In this document: positions 47,761 to 57,612 of the stretch, piece by piece
How positions within the stretch are numbered: the stretch's first letter is position 1
Layout: each line of letters opens with the position of its first letter
Assembly (NCBI GenBank): GCA_938036315.1
Contig: CALHPK010000006.1
Location: 111,926 to 175,925, forward strand
DNA from: an uncultured bacterium
GTDB lineage: Bacteria > Calescibacteriota > Calescibacteriia > Calescibacteriales > Calescibacteriaceae
Length of the DNA stretch: 64,000 nucleotides
Reading direction: 5' to 3'
The notes under the pieces: model-generated
Databases searched by the model: none
What the model saw: only the letters and a program-made list of their open reading frames with translations
Told to the model about the DNA's origin: nothing
Made by a program: the position numbers and the translations under genes

Positions 47761-49509
47761 TTAAAATTTCTTTTTAGGTTTACCTCTGCGATACCCTTCA
47801 AGATAGGAAAGTTTTTTTAGCATGTTAAGATAGGCTTGTTTTTTGATTGGATCTTTAACTGCCTGTCGGGCGAGCTCGGGTAGTTCTCTTCTTATTTTCT
47901 CTATTGCGAGCCTTTGCAGGGTGCTTTCTACAAGATTTTCCCAACCGATTTCAGGATACTCTCTGTGTTCAATAAGTATTTCCATAAGAAGTTTTCTTGA
48001 GTTCTCATCTGCTAAGCTAATTGCGAATTCAAGATTCCCATCAGCTTCAAGTATCACAGAAAGAGCCTGTTTTACCTCTTCTGAAGATATGTATTGAATG
48101 TATTCTCTGACAAATCTGATGGATTCTGGGATGAAAGTAGCAAATCTTAGTATTTCTAGTTCATACTCTGGAATATCCTTGCGTATGAAGTTCTGCGGGT
48201 GATTGATGGGAACAAAAGGTTTTGCAAGTTTTTTGATGTCTGATCTTAGTGCTGATGATTGGATATTAAGTTTGGATGCTATCTCGCGGATGTATATTTC
48301 CGCCTGAGTTTCTGAGTCACTGTATATAATACTTAGAAGTGACTGGACTTTAGCCAAGGCTTGTGATAGTAGTATTTTATCATTTTTTTTGAGTGGATCT
48401 TCAAGGAGGTATTCGGCATAGTATATTATTCCATCTTTGATTTGCAATTCCTCGACTTTTCCTCCTTTGGCAAAGAATGTATCTGGGTCTTCGCCGGGGG
48501 GCAGGATACATATTTTGGGGATTATCCCGGCTTTTACGAGTGTCTCAATATTTTTCAGTATTGCTCTTCTTCCGGCATCGTCGTTATCAAACATCAAGAT
48601 TACATCTGACGCTATTTTTCGCAAGAATTCTATGTGTGCGGATGTGATTGAGGTTCCAAGACAGCTTACGGCATACTTTATCCCGTGCTGGTGAAGAGCT
48701 ATGACGTCGATATATCCTTCTGTGATTATACATTTTCCGTAGAGTCTTATTTCATCGAGTGCCTGTGTGATTCCGAAGAAGCTTTCTCTTTTTCTGAAGA
48801 CAGGACTTTCTGATGAATTGATGTATTTGGGGGATATCAGATCATCGAGGACTCTTCCTCCGAAGGCTATTACTTCTCCTTTTGAGTTTGTTATGGGGAA
48901 TAAGATTCTGTTTCTGAAGATGAGTTGTAAAGTTCCTTCTATTTCTTTTATGCTTCCGGTTTTTATGAGGGTTTCTTTATCGAATCCTTCCTTTAGAAGG
49001 AGGTTGGGGATAGTGTATGGATCTTGTGGTGCGAATCCTATGGCGAAAGTTCCCCACATTTTTTCATCTATGCCTCTTGTTTGTAGATAGTCACGGGCGG
49101 GTTTGCCGATTTTTGATGTGAGGAATTTTCTAAAGTTAAAGAGAAGGTGGGCATTTGCTTTTATGATGGCTCTTTTTTCTGTCCAATATTCTCTGTTTAT
49201 TTCTATAGTTATATCTGGGTAATATCTTTCTGCCAGGGAGGTTACTGCTTCTTGGAAGGATATGTTTTTTATTTTTGATACGAAGGTGATCACATTTCCG
49301 AATGCTCCACAGCCGAAGCAATTGAAAACTTTTTTGTCATCTCTTATTCTCAGAGAAGGTTTTGTATCGGGGTGGAATGGGCAGATAGCGTACCAGTCTT
49401 TTCCTATTTTCTTGATTGGGATATATGATGAGATAACTTCGACGATGTCTATTCTTTCCAGGAGTTCTTTTATTAATTCTTTTTTATAATTTTCCATTTC
49501 TGTTTTCAA
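47761..49509 (-). CDS. dnaG: DNA primase
   Basis: CPFH...CFGC Zn domain, FGGR, KYINS, EGYIDV, FDND.AG and DPD. Confidence 0.96.
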   Translation of the reverse strand: MKTEMENYKKELIKELLERIDIVEVISSYIPIKKIGKDWYAICPFHPDTKPSLRIRDDKKVFNCFGCGAFGNVITFVSKIKNISFQEAVTSLAERYYPDITIEINREYWTEKRAIIKANAHLLFNFRKFLTSKIGKPARDYLQTRGIDEKMWGTFAIGFAPQDPYTIPNLLLKEGFDKETLIKTGSIKEIEGTLQLIFRNRILFPITNSKGEVIAFGGRVLDDLISPKYINSSESPVFRKRESFFGITQALDEIRLYGKCIITEGYIDVIALHQHGIKYAVSCLGTSITSAHIEFLRKIASDVILMFDNDDAGRRAILKNIETLVKAGIIPKICILPPGEDPDTFFAKGGKVEELQIKDGIIYYAEYLLEDPLKKNDKILLSQALAKVQSLLSIIYSDSETQAEIYIREIASKLNIQSSALRSDIKKLAKPFVPINHPQNFIRKDIPEYELEILRFATFIPESIRFVREYIQYISSEEVKQALSVILEADGNLEFAISLADENSRKLLMEILIEHREYPEIGWENLVESTLQRLAIEKIRRELPELARQAVKDPIKKQAYLNMLKKLSYLEGYRRGKPKKKF

Positions 49510-49625
49510 TCAGTTTGCATTTTTATTTTATCTATTACCATCTTCATTAATCCTTATACTTTTTTATTTGTTTCGGGAGTTTTATTTTTGCTATTTTCAT
49601 CTTCTTTTTAGAAATTTTTTTTAAA

Positions 49626-49641
49626 TTCAACATATGTTGAA
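49626..49641. promoter_or_regulatory. perfect 16-bp palindrome upstream of dnaG (candidate operator)
   Basis: TTCAACATATGTTGAA is its own reverse complement. Confidence 0.35.
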
Positions 49642-49725
49642 AAGAAGCAGAGTTAAAATTAACAATTTGTGAATAAAATTTCGATTTTCTGTTATTTCAG
49701 ATTCCCCTTGAAGTACAAGTCCTTT

Positions 49726-50400
49726 TTATCCATAATTTAGGATCTTATCTGCCGACCTTAAAAATGGTATATAAGTATGAACTCTGCAATACTCGGCAGC
49801 AAATACAATTGCCTGACCTTCCTTGAGGACAACAAATTTGTGCGCAGTCCTGCAATTTGATCGAAAATTTCTCACAAAATCTTCAACTTCCCTGTCACTT
49901 TCGATAGGAAGTCTCAATGAAATCTTCTCAGTAACGCATCTACTCTTTAAAAACTTTACCTCTACAAATTCAAGCCCTCTCAAAAAAACAAAACCCCCTA
50001 TAGATATGATAACCGATGAGATATAGTAGCCTGCTCCGATTAAAATCCCCATAGAACCACAGAACCAAATTACTGAAGCTGTTGTTAGCCCTTCCACAGC
50101 ATCCCCCCTCCTGACAATGGTTCCTGCTCCAAGAAAACCAATTCCAGTTGCTATGTTTGCAGCTATTCTTAAAGGATCACCCCCATATATCCTTGCTAGT
50201 TCAAATGAAGCAAATGAAAATACAGCAGATCCTACCGTTACAAAAACTAATGTTTTGAGCCCAGCCGGTCTTTTTGCTCTTTCACGCTCATAACCTAGTA
50301 TTGCCCCGGAAATATTTGCAAAAACTATAGCAAGTACAAGTTTTATGACAAATTCTAAGGATATATTATTCTCAAGCAGTGTCTTGAAAAAATCTCCCAT
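49726..50400 (-). CDS. MgtC/SapB family membrane protein
   Basis: GYERE..KRPAGLKT, RIAANIATGIGFLGAG and GLTTAS.IW. Confidence 0.9.
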   Translation of the reverse strand: MGDFFKTLLENNISLEFVIKLVLAIVFANISGAILGYERERAKRPAGLKTLVFVTVGSAVFSFASFELARIYGGDPLRIAANIATGIGFLGAGTIVRRGDAVEGLTTASVIWFCGSMGILIGAGYYISSVIISIGGFVFLRGLEFVEVKFLKSRCVTEKISLRLPIESDREVEDFVRNFRSNCRTAHKFVVLKEGQAIVFAAEYCRVHTYIPFLRSADKILNYG

Positions 50401-50410
50401 AAATTACAAT

Positions 50411-51913
50411 TTATTGATTTTGTATCTGAATTTTCTTTACAAGTTCAACAGCTGTCCTGACACCAAAGCCTGTTGCTCCTTCAACAGTGTAACATCCTAT
50501 CTTCTTTTTGACAAACGCCGGACCTGCTATGTCTATGTGGCACCAGTCTATACCTTTTTCGACAAATTCAGATAAGAACATCCCAGCAGTTATTGCTCCA
50601 CCGTAAGAATCTCCTGCGTTCTTTAGATCTGCAACTGGACTCTTTATCTTTTCTTCCATATCTTTGTCGAATGGTAGTATCCACATTTTGTCACCAACTT
50701 CTAACCCTGTTTCAAATATGAGTCTTTTGAACTCGTCTGAGTTCCCCATTATTCCTGCTGTAAATTCCCCTAGTGCCACCATGCAGGCTCCTGTTAGTGT
50801 AGCCATATCTAAAATTTTACTTACTCCGAGTTTGTTCGCAAAGGAGATTGCATCTGCAAGTGTTAATCTGCCTTCTGCATCAGTGTTTACAACCTCTACT
50901 GTTTTCCCATTCATCATTTTTATTATGTCGTCAACTCTTTGAGCTGTTCCCGATGGCATATTCTCACAGGTGGCGTAAATTCCGTGTACCTGGATATTCG
51001 GTTTTATCTGAGCGATAGCTTTCATAGCTGCTAAGATAGCACAAGCCCCAGATTTGTCAGCCTTCATATGTTGCATATTTTGATTGGTTTTGATAGAGAG
51101 ACCTCCTGAATCGAATGTTATCGCTTTACCAATTAGAGCTATCTTTATACTGCTTTTTATCTCTTCAGGTTTGTACCAGATATGGACAAACTTTGGCGGG
51201 ACTGCGCTTCCTTGTCCAACCGCTAAAACTCCATGCATCCCCATTTTTTTCATCTCCTCGACTCCGAAGATTTCGCAGAAGAGTCCATACTCTTGAGCAA
51301 TAGCTGAGCCTATTTCTGCTAAAGTTGAAGGGTTTATAACATTTCCGGGTTCATTTATTATATCTCTTGCGAAGTTTTGAGCTTCACAGACGATTCTCAC
51401 GAATTCGGCGATCTTTTCAGAATTTTTATCCGACACTAAAAATAACTTTTTCACCTCCTTTTCTCTCTCGTGCTCGTGTTTTGAATATTTTTTGAATCTA
51501 TATAGCCCTATGAAAGCGCCTTCCAAAGCTTCTCTTACTTTTTCTTCAAATCCACACAGGGTAACACTTTCTGCTCCAAGTTTCCTTGCTTCGGTACACC
51601 CTAGCGCTGAAGCTCTCCTTATGTTTTCTCTGCTCCAAAATATATCGCTTTCTTTTCTGTCTCCAAGTCCGACCAGAACGATAATTGGTTTATTGAGGAT
51701 ATACAGAAATTTTCCGGAATCCCCATCGAAATTTGCTTTTTCACATATATAAAAGATATCTTTTATTTTCTCACTAATTTTATTTATATCCTTTGACTGC
51801 CTAAGTTCATTTTTATAAACACCTATAACCACTGTATCGGTATCCTCAGGTGGAGCCGGTACTATTTTAGTTTCTGGTAGTGTGAAATACGACTTTGTAA
51901 TTATCGACGACAT
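50411..51913 (-). CDS. pepA: leucyl aminopeptidase (M17)
   Basis: GKAITFDSGG, MKAD, NTDAEGRL, ATLTGA and HIDIAG. Confidence 0.95.
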   Translation of the reverse strand: MSSIITKSYFTLPETKIVPAPPEDTDTVVIGVYKNELRQSKDINKISEKIKDIFYICEKANFDGDSGKFLYILNKPIIVLVGLGDRKESDIFWSRENIRRASALGCTEARKLGAESVTLCGFEEKVREALEGAFIGLYRFKKYSKHEHEREKEVKKLFLVSDKNSEKIAEFVRIVCEAQNFARDIINEPGNVINPSTLAEIGSAIAQEYGLFCEIFGVEEMKKMGMHGVLAVGQGSAVPPKFVHIWYKPEEIKSSIKIALIGKAITFDSGGLSIKTNQNMQHMKADKSGACAILAAMKAIAQIKPNIQVHGIYATCENMPSGTAQRVDDIIKMMNGKTVEVVNTDAEGRLTLADAISFANKLGVSKILDMATLTGACMVALGEFTAGIMGNSDEFKRLIFETGLEVGDKMWILPFDKDMEEKIKSPVADLKNAGDSYGGAITAGMFLSEFVEKGIDWCHIDIAGPAFVKKKIGCYTVEGATGFGVRTAVELVKKIQIQNQ

Positions 51914-51985
51914 ATCACAAAAAAGTAAGCATGATGCAAAGATGCTATTGTAAAATCGGTAAAATAAATGAAAACTCAGAAAGAC

Positions 51986-53722
51986 TCAAAATTTCAGGAT
52001 ACAGTTTATATCCTTTGTGATGGGCATTCTTCTGTCTTTCCCGAAGGCTCTGGAGCTTATTTTTATTCCCGGTGGTGCTTGCCTTCTTTTGTATTCTGCT
52101 TTTTCAACTAATTCTATGACTTTTTTTATTGTTTCTTTTTCAATGCCAGTTATTTTGTGGATTATTTCAGGGGACACATCTGTTTCAACATAGAGTTTGA
52201 GGATAGTATCTAAGATTTTGTATGGGGGTAGGGTGTCTTCGTCTTTTTGTCCCGGCCGGAGTTCTGCAGATGGTGGTTTCTCAAAAACTCGCCTCGGTAT
52301 TATTTCTTTCCCCTTTATTTTATTGTAGTATTCTGCCAGTTTGTAGACATCTGTTTTGTATACATCTTTTATGACAGAAAGCCCTCCGGCCATATCTCCA
52401 TACAAAGTTGCATATCCTGTGCTCAGCTCACTTTTGTTCCCACATGTCAGAACGATGTACCCAAATTTATTGGATATTGTCATTCCTATGACACCTCTTA
52501 TTCTGGCCTGTAGATTCTCTTCAGCGACTGAAAATGGAGTTCCAGAAAAAAGTTCGGCGAGTTCATTCATGAATGAGTTATAGATGTTAGTAATTGGAAT
52601 CTTATAGAATTTTATCCCGAGATTTCTTGATAAAATCTCTGCGTCCTCGACCGAATGTTGTGACGAGAATTGAGATGGCATACTGATGCCTATTACGTTT
52701 TCCGGACCTATCGCCTCGGAAGCTATGCAGGCTGTCAGCGAGGAGTCAATACCTCCAGATAGAGCAATTAAAGCTTTTGAGAATCCGTTTTTGCTTATGT
52801 AATCTCTGACACCAAGAACGAGTGCTTGAAATACTTCTTCCTCCCAAGGCGGAAAATCATATGGGGGGCTTTCGTCCAAACTGATTCCTTTTTCATCGGT
52901 CAACTTTATCTCGAGCGGAATTATTCTACAGCTAGATAGAGAAGTTTCAAATCTTCTTCGAGGATCATGAGCTATCTTTGAGAAAACCTCCGCAGGTAGT
53001 ATGTCCTTTATGAGTAAGGCTTCTTTGAAAAGGGGAGCTCTTGCCTTCACCTCTCCTGATGGAGATATTACTGATGACGATCCGTCAAAAACCAGCTCGT
53101 CCTGACCACCAACAAGGTTGCAAAACAGAATAAAGACAGAGTAGTCTGAAGCTCTTGTTCTTATCATATCCTCTCTCATTTTGGGTTTTGATATATGATA
53201 TGGAGAGGCTGATATATTGACAATTATATGCGCTTCTCCAGAAGTTACCATAGATAAGATGGGCTCTGTCGGATGCCATATATCCTCACATATTGAGACT
53301 CCAATTCTTATGCCGTCTTCTGTCAGGAGAACAATTTTTTCGCTTCCGGGTTTGAAATATCTTAGCTCATCGAAAACACCATAGTTCGGCAAATGAATTT
53401 TCTTATATTTGTAAATTTTACCATTGCATATTATTGCCGCGCAGTTGTAAAGGTCTGTTTCTTTGTCAACATAGCCGATGATGATTATTGAATCATTCGA
53501 TAGTTCCTTTATTTCTTCTAATGCTTCTTTCTGAGCCTCAATGAATTTCGGGTTGAAAACGAGGTCTTCCGGGGGGTATCCGGGTATAGCTAGTTCTGGA
53601 AAACATATAAGTTTGGCACCGCTATCTTTAGCACGAAGAATAAACTCTTTTATCTTTTTCAAATTCCCTTCTATGTCTCCTACTTTGGAATTTATCTGGC
53701 ATAAAGCTGTTCTGATGTACAT
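51986..53722 (-). CDS. nadE: glutamine-dependent NAD+ synthetase
   Basis: Nitrilase domain (FPEL, ICEDIW) plus SGGIDS, ENLQARIRG and PSAELRPGQ.D. Confidence 0.96.
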   Translation of the reverse strand: MYIRTALCQINSKVGDIEGNLKKIKEFILRAKDSGAKLICFPELAIPGYPPEDLVFNPKFIEAQKEALEEIKELSNDSIIIIGYVDKETDLYNCAAIICNGKIYKYKKIHLPNYGVFDELRYFKPGSEKIVLLTEDGIRIGVSICEDIWHPTEPILSMVTSGEAHIIVNISASPYHISKPKMREDMIRTRASDYSVFILFCNLVGGQDELVFDGSSSVISPSGEVKARAPLFKEALLIKDILPAEVFSKIAHDPRRRFETSLSSCRIIPLEIKLTDEKGISLDESPPYDFPPWEEEVFQALVLGVRDYISKNGFSKALIALSGGIDSSLTACIASEAIGPENVIGISMPSQFSSQHSVEDAEILSRNLGIKFYKIPITNIYNSFMNELAELFSGTPFSVAEENLQARIRGVIGMTISNKFGYIVLTCGNKSELSTGYATLYGDMAGGLSVIKDVYKTDVYKLAEYYNKIKGKEIIPRRVFEKPPSAELRPGQKDEDTLPPYKILDTILKLYVETDVSPEIIHKITGIEKETIKKVIELVEKAEYKRRQAPPGIKISSRAFGKDRRMPITKDINCILKF

Positions 53723-53728
53723 ATTAAC

Positions 53729-54280
53729 TCATTTTATCGTTTTATTTTTTGATTTTTTTGTTGGTAGTAGATTTTTGATAAGGTTGTCAAGATTTGTTTT
53801 GATTTGAGTGGAGTTGTTACATGAACAGTTGTTTTCATTCAGATTCTCTCCACATTTTGGGCAGATTCCTTTGCAATATTCAGAACAGTTTGCAAATTCA
53901 GGTAGACATAGTTCGCCAAGTTTCAATATATAATCGTAAAAATCCATCTCATCTCCTTCATAAAAATCGTCATCGAGATCTTCAAAGCTTAGTTCTATTT
54001 CTTCCTTTGTGGGGAGAGATTTTGAAGATTTGAGAAATACCTTCACTTGATCTGTAGTGTTATATATAAATTCTCTTAGGCATTTGCTACATTCCAATCT
54101 GCCCTCAACGAAAAGGTTTCCTTGTATTTCTACAGTTTCTCCATTTCTTTTTACAGTTCCGTTAAACAGAACTTTTATTTTTTCTCCTATGAATAATTTT
54201 GATACATTTATACCTTTTTCAGTTATATGTTTTATTTTTACTGGAGCGGAGAACAGCTCATCCTGTGTCTTTATTAACAT
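53729..54280 (-). CDS. YceD/DUF177 family protein
   Basis: CSKCL and CSEYCKGICPKCGENLN...C.C motifs. Confidence 0.85.
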   Translation of the reverse strand: MLIKTQDELFSAPVKIKHITEKGINVSKLFIGEKIKVLFNGTVKRNGETVEIQGNLFVEGRLECSKCLREFIYNTTDQVKVFLKSSKSLPTKEEIELSFEDLDDDFYEGDEMDFYDYILKLGELCLPEFANCSEYCKGICPKCGENLNENNCSCNNSTQIKTNLDNLIKNLLPTKKSKNKTIK

Positions 54281-54387
54281 TTTTACTAACAGGCAGATAA
54301 TATCCTATTTTGGTCAAGTCTTTTCTGCCTATCCTTTTTATAATAGTCAAAAAAGTTTGTAATGTTCATTTTTAAGATTATTTTTGG

Positions 54388-54419
54388 CAGTAATTTTTGT
54401 ATTCAGTAATTTTTGTATT
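54388..54419. repeat. perfect 16-bp tandem duplication
   Basis: CAGTAATTTTTGTATT twice. Confidence 0.88.
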
Positions 54420-54507
54420 TTCTTATCAATCGATTTATCTATTTTTTGCGACTCAGTTTGTATCCTGAAATTTGTTTTTTTTTACAATCTTATCTAAAGT
54501 TAATAAG

Positions 54508-54753
54508 ATGAGGCTAAGGGAGATACTTTTGAGAAACTTGAAAAGCTGGGTTTATCCTTTTTGGGTTTTAGGTTTTATATTTTCTCTTTTGATCTTGGGA
54601 ATATTTATGTATGCGAGGATGATAGAAGATGAGCATATCTCAGGAGCGTTTGGGCTTGCTCCTATGATATTACTGCTGATTTTATTTTTCATAACGTTCT
54701 CAGCGCTGGCGATAAATGAATTTAAAAAAAGCAATAGAATACAAAAACTGTAG
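54508..54753 (+). CDS. small two-TM hypothetical membrane protein
   Basis: ATG at 54508, two hydrophobic segments, directly upstream of the M16 peptidase. Confidence 0.6.
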   Translation: MRLREILLRNLKSWVYPFWVLGFIFSLLILGIFMYARMIEDEHISGAFGLAPMILLLILFFITFSALAINEFKKSNRIQKL

Positions 54754-54781
54754 AAGAAAATAAATAAAATTTACAAAAGAT

Positions 54782-57484
54782 ATGGGGAATCAAAGATATT
54801 TACCTTTAATCTCTCTTTGTTTTTCTTCATTATTATTGTTAGGTTATAGTTTGGCCCATGCAATAAAGATTGATCTTTGGGGGAAGAAGATGGAAAAAAG
54901 TAAAGAGTCAGAAGTGAAAAGGAAAGACTTAGGATTTGAACCGAAAATAAGGAAACTCGGGAATGGACTTGATGTTATTATTATTCCGAAAAGGGGTGGA
55001 AGTGGTGTTTCGGCTTTTTACTTGTGGGTCAAGGCTGGAGCTTCTTATGAAAGTCCAGAGTTTTTCGGGGGGGCGCATGTCCTTGAGCATATCGTTTTCA
55101 AAGGAAGTCCAGAAAGGGGTGTGAGTGAGGTCTCTGATGCTATAGAAAGAGTCGGTGGATATATAAACGCATGGACATCATATGACGAAACAGTATACTG
55201 GGTAATCATACCATCAGAAAAAATTGATGTGGCAATAGATGTTTTGGGAGACATAGTGTGGAACCCGAAATTTTCAGATGAGGAGCTCGAAAGAGAAAAG
55301 GAAGTCGTCCTTGAAGAGTGGAGAAGAGGAGAAGATCGACCTGCAAGTAGACTATACAAGCAATTTTTCCAAACAATCTACAAAGACTACGTATATGGAC
55401 ACCCGGTAATAGGCTACGAAGAGACAATAAAAAAGGTATCACGAGAACTAATCACAGAATTTCATTCAAAGTTTTATTCTCCAAGGAATGCTTTTGTTAT
55501 TGCAGTTGGGGACTTTGATGAAAATGAGATAATGGAGAAAATTAGGTCAAAATTCGGGAGGGTAAAGGATAAAAAGGAAAAAGTAGAAATTCCAAATTAC
55601 CAAAGTCTGCCGAAATTTGAGGGTTTGTATTCATTTTCGATCAGTGGTGAGGAGAAAGAGGCTATACTTATGCTTGGGTTTTCGGGTATGCAGTTTTCTG
55701 TAACAGCTTCAGCCTACCTTGGTATAGTAAGCGAGATATTGGAGAAAGCTCTTGTGAAAAAACTCAGAGTAGAAGATGTTATCGCAAATTCTGTTGATGC
55801 TGACTATTGGGCGCCAAAAGGTATCGGACTTTTCGGAATATATGCAACCTCAAAAGCGGAAAATCTTGAAAAGATATTGAACATAATTGTTGATGAGATA
55901 AGAAAGATAAAGAGTTTGGGGGTATCGGAGAAAGACCTTGAATCAGCAAAGAATTCAATTTTATCCAACTTATATGGAGGTTTACAATCTGTAGGATCCA
56001 TAGCGAGGATCTTTGGGCGGATATACCACTTGACTGGTAATTTAGATTCTATATATGAATATCTTGATATCATAAAAAGGGCAAAACCACAGGATCTTCA
56101 GAAGTTTATAGATGAGATATTTGATGATAAGAGAGCCTTGCTCGGGCTATATGTGAACAAAGAGGATGTCAAATATGCCAGCATAGTAGAAGATAAATTC
56201 AAGAGTGTATCGTTTAGGTCCCCGTATTCACTTCCATTTACATTTGTGAAGGAATATGAAGGAATAAGATTGTACAAAGCCTCAAACGGTTTAAGGATAG
56301 TCCTCAAAAGCGTAAAAGGTACAGGTACTATATCTGTGGTAGCAGTGTTCCCAGGTGGGCAGATCTTTTATCCAACTGAGGTGGGGACTCCACTTCTTGC
56401 ATCGAAAACTCTGATAAGAGGAACAAAAAATAGAACAGCTAAAATGATCCTTGATGAAATAAAAGAAATAGGAGGAGGAATAGGAGCTGGAGCAGATTTT
56501 GATTCTCTCTCTGTGTCATCTTCATTTCTTGCAGAAAAGAGAGAGAAGGGGCTTGATATATTCTTTGACATACTACTTAATCCCTCTTTCCCAGTAGAAG
56601 AAATTGAAAAGGTTAAAAGCGATATCATTGAGGATCTGAGGACCAGATATGATAATCCGCAAGTTCAGGCTTTTGATGAATTTTATAAATTTCTTTTCCC
56701 GGAAACTCCTTACGCCTTCCCAGAGCTTGCAAAAGAGGAGAGTATAAAGGATAGAAAGAAAGAAGATTTAGAAAAATTCTGGAACTTTATAAACTCTGAT
56801 CCAGATAAAGTGGTAATTTCGATAGTTGGTGATTTTGACTATGATGATATGTTGAGACTTCTTTTTTTGTATGGGGAGCCATTATTTTCGAGAGAGAAGG
56901 AAAGGAACATAGATTTTCAGTGGGAGTTTAGCTGTAACTCCAATGCTGGGAGTAAGTCAATATATCGCAAGGGGAACCAAGTTCATATAGTAGCTGGTTT
57001 CTGTGGTCCGACTGTTACTGATGAGATGTCTCCGGTATTTCAGGTTATATCCGCATCTGTTTCGGGAATGGGGGGAAGATTTTTTATGAATCTACGGGAG
57101 CAGAGAGGATTAGCTTATGTTGTGGCTCCAATCAGGCGAGCACATCTTGGAGTTGGTCTCTTTGGAGGATACATTGCATCAGCTCCTGAGAAACTCGAAG
57201 AAGCAAAGAATGGACTAATAGACGAACTCAATAAGCTCGATTCTCTGACAGACAAAGAGATTGAAAGAGGCAAGAACCTAATTTTAGGAACTCTTAAGAG
57301 GAATCTACAAACAAATAGTAGTTGGGCAGAAACGCTTGCTTCGTACGAATTTTTAGGTTTCGGGTTTGATTATTTTGCTATTTTGCCAGAAAAGATAAAA
57401 AGAGTGTCAAAAGAAGATATTATTTCTGCCCTTCGTAAATATAATCAGATGATAAATGTTGTTGTTCTTGGTCCGGTAGAATAA
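54782..57484 (+). CDS. M16 family zinc metallopeptidase (two fused modules), exported
   Basis: HVLEH inverted zincin motif, NAWTS and LREQRGLAY. The second module lacks HxxEH. N-terminal signal peptide. Confidence 0.92.
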   Translation: MGNQRYLPLISLCFSSLLLLGYSLAHAIKIDLWGKKMEKSKESEVKRKDLGFEPKIRKLGNGLDVIIIPKRGGSGVSAFYLWVKAGASYESPEFFGGAHVLEHIVFKGSPERGVSEVSDAIERVGGYINAWTSYDETVYWVIIPSEKIDVAIDVLGDIVWNPKFSDEELEREKEVVLEEWRRGEDRPASRLYKQFFQTIYKDYVYGHPVIGYEETIKKVSRELITEFHSKFYSPRNAFVIAVGDFDENEIMEKIRSKFGRVKDKKEKVEIPNYQSLPKFEGLYSFSISGEEKEAILMLGFSGMQFSVTASAYLGIVSEILEKALVKKLRVEDVIANSVDADYWAPKGIGLFGIYATSKAENLEKILNIIVDEIRKIKSLGVSEKDLESAKNSILSNLYGGLQSVGSIARIFGRIYHLTGNLDSIYEYLDIIKRAKPQDLQKFIDEIFDDKRALLGLYVNKEDVKYASIVEDKFKSVSFRSPYSLPFTFVKEYEGIRLYKASNGLRIVLKSVKGTGTISVVAVFPGGQIFYPTEVGTPLLASKTLIRGTKNRTAKMILDEIKEIGGGIGAGADFDSLSVSSSFLAEKREKGLDIFFDILLNPSFPVEEIEKVKSDIIEDLRTRYDNPQVQAFDEFYKFLFPETPYAFPELAKEESIKDRKKEDLEKFWNFINSDPDKVVISIVGDFDYDDMLRLLFLYGEPLFSREKERNIDFQWEFSCNSNAGSKSIYRKGNQVHIVAGFCGPTVTDEMSPVFQVISASVSGMGGRFFMNLREQRGLAYVVAPIRRAHLGVGLFGGYIASAPEKLEEAKNGLIDELNKLDSLTDKEIERGKNLILGTLKRNLQTNSSWAETLASYEFLGFGFDYFAILPEKIKRVSKEDIISALRKYNQMINVVVLGPVE

Positions 57485-57612
57485 CCGCTTATTTTTTGAT
57501 CCACCTTGATCTATTTTGGATTTAGCATCTTCGATACTTCCTTTATAAGAATGAATTTTCAGTATCTATATCTTATATTTTATGGATTGCTAAGATTATT
57601 GTATTTAAGAAG

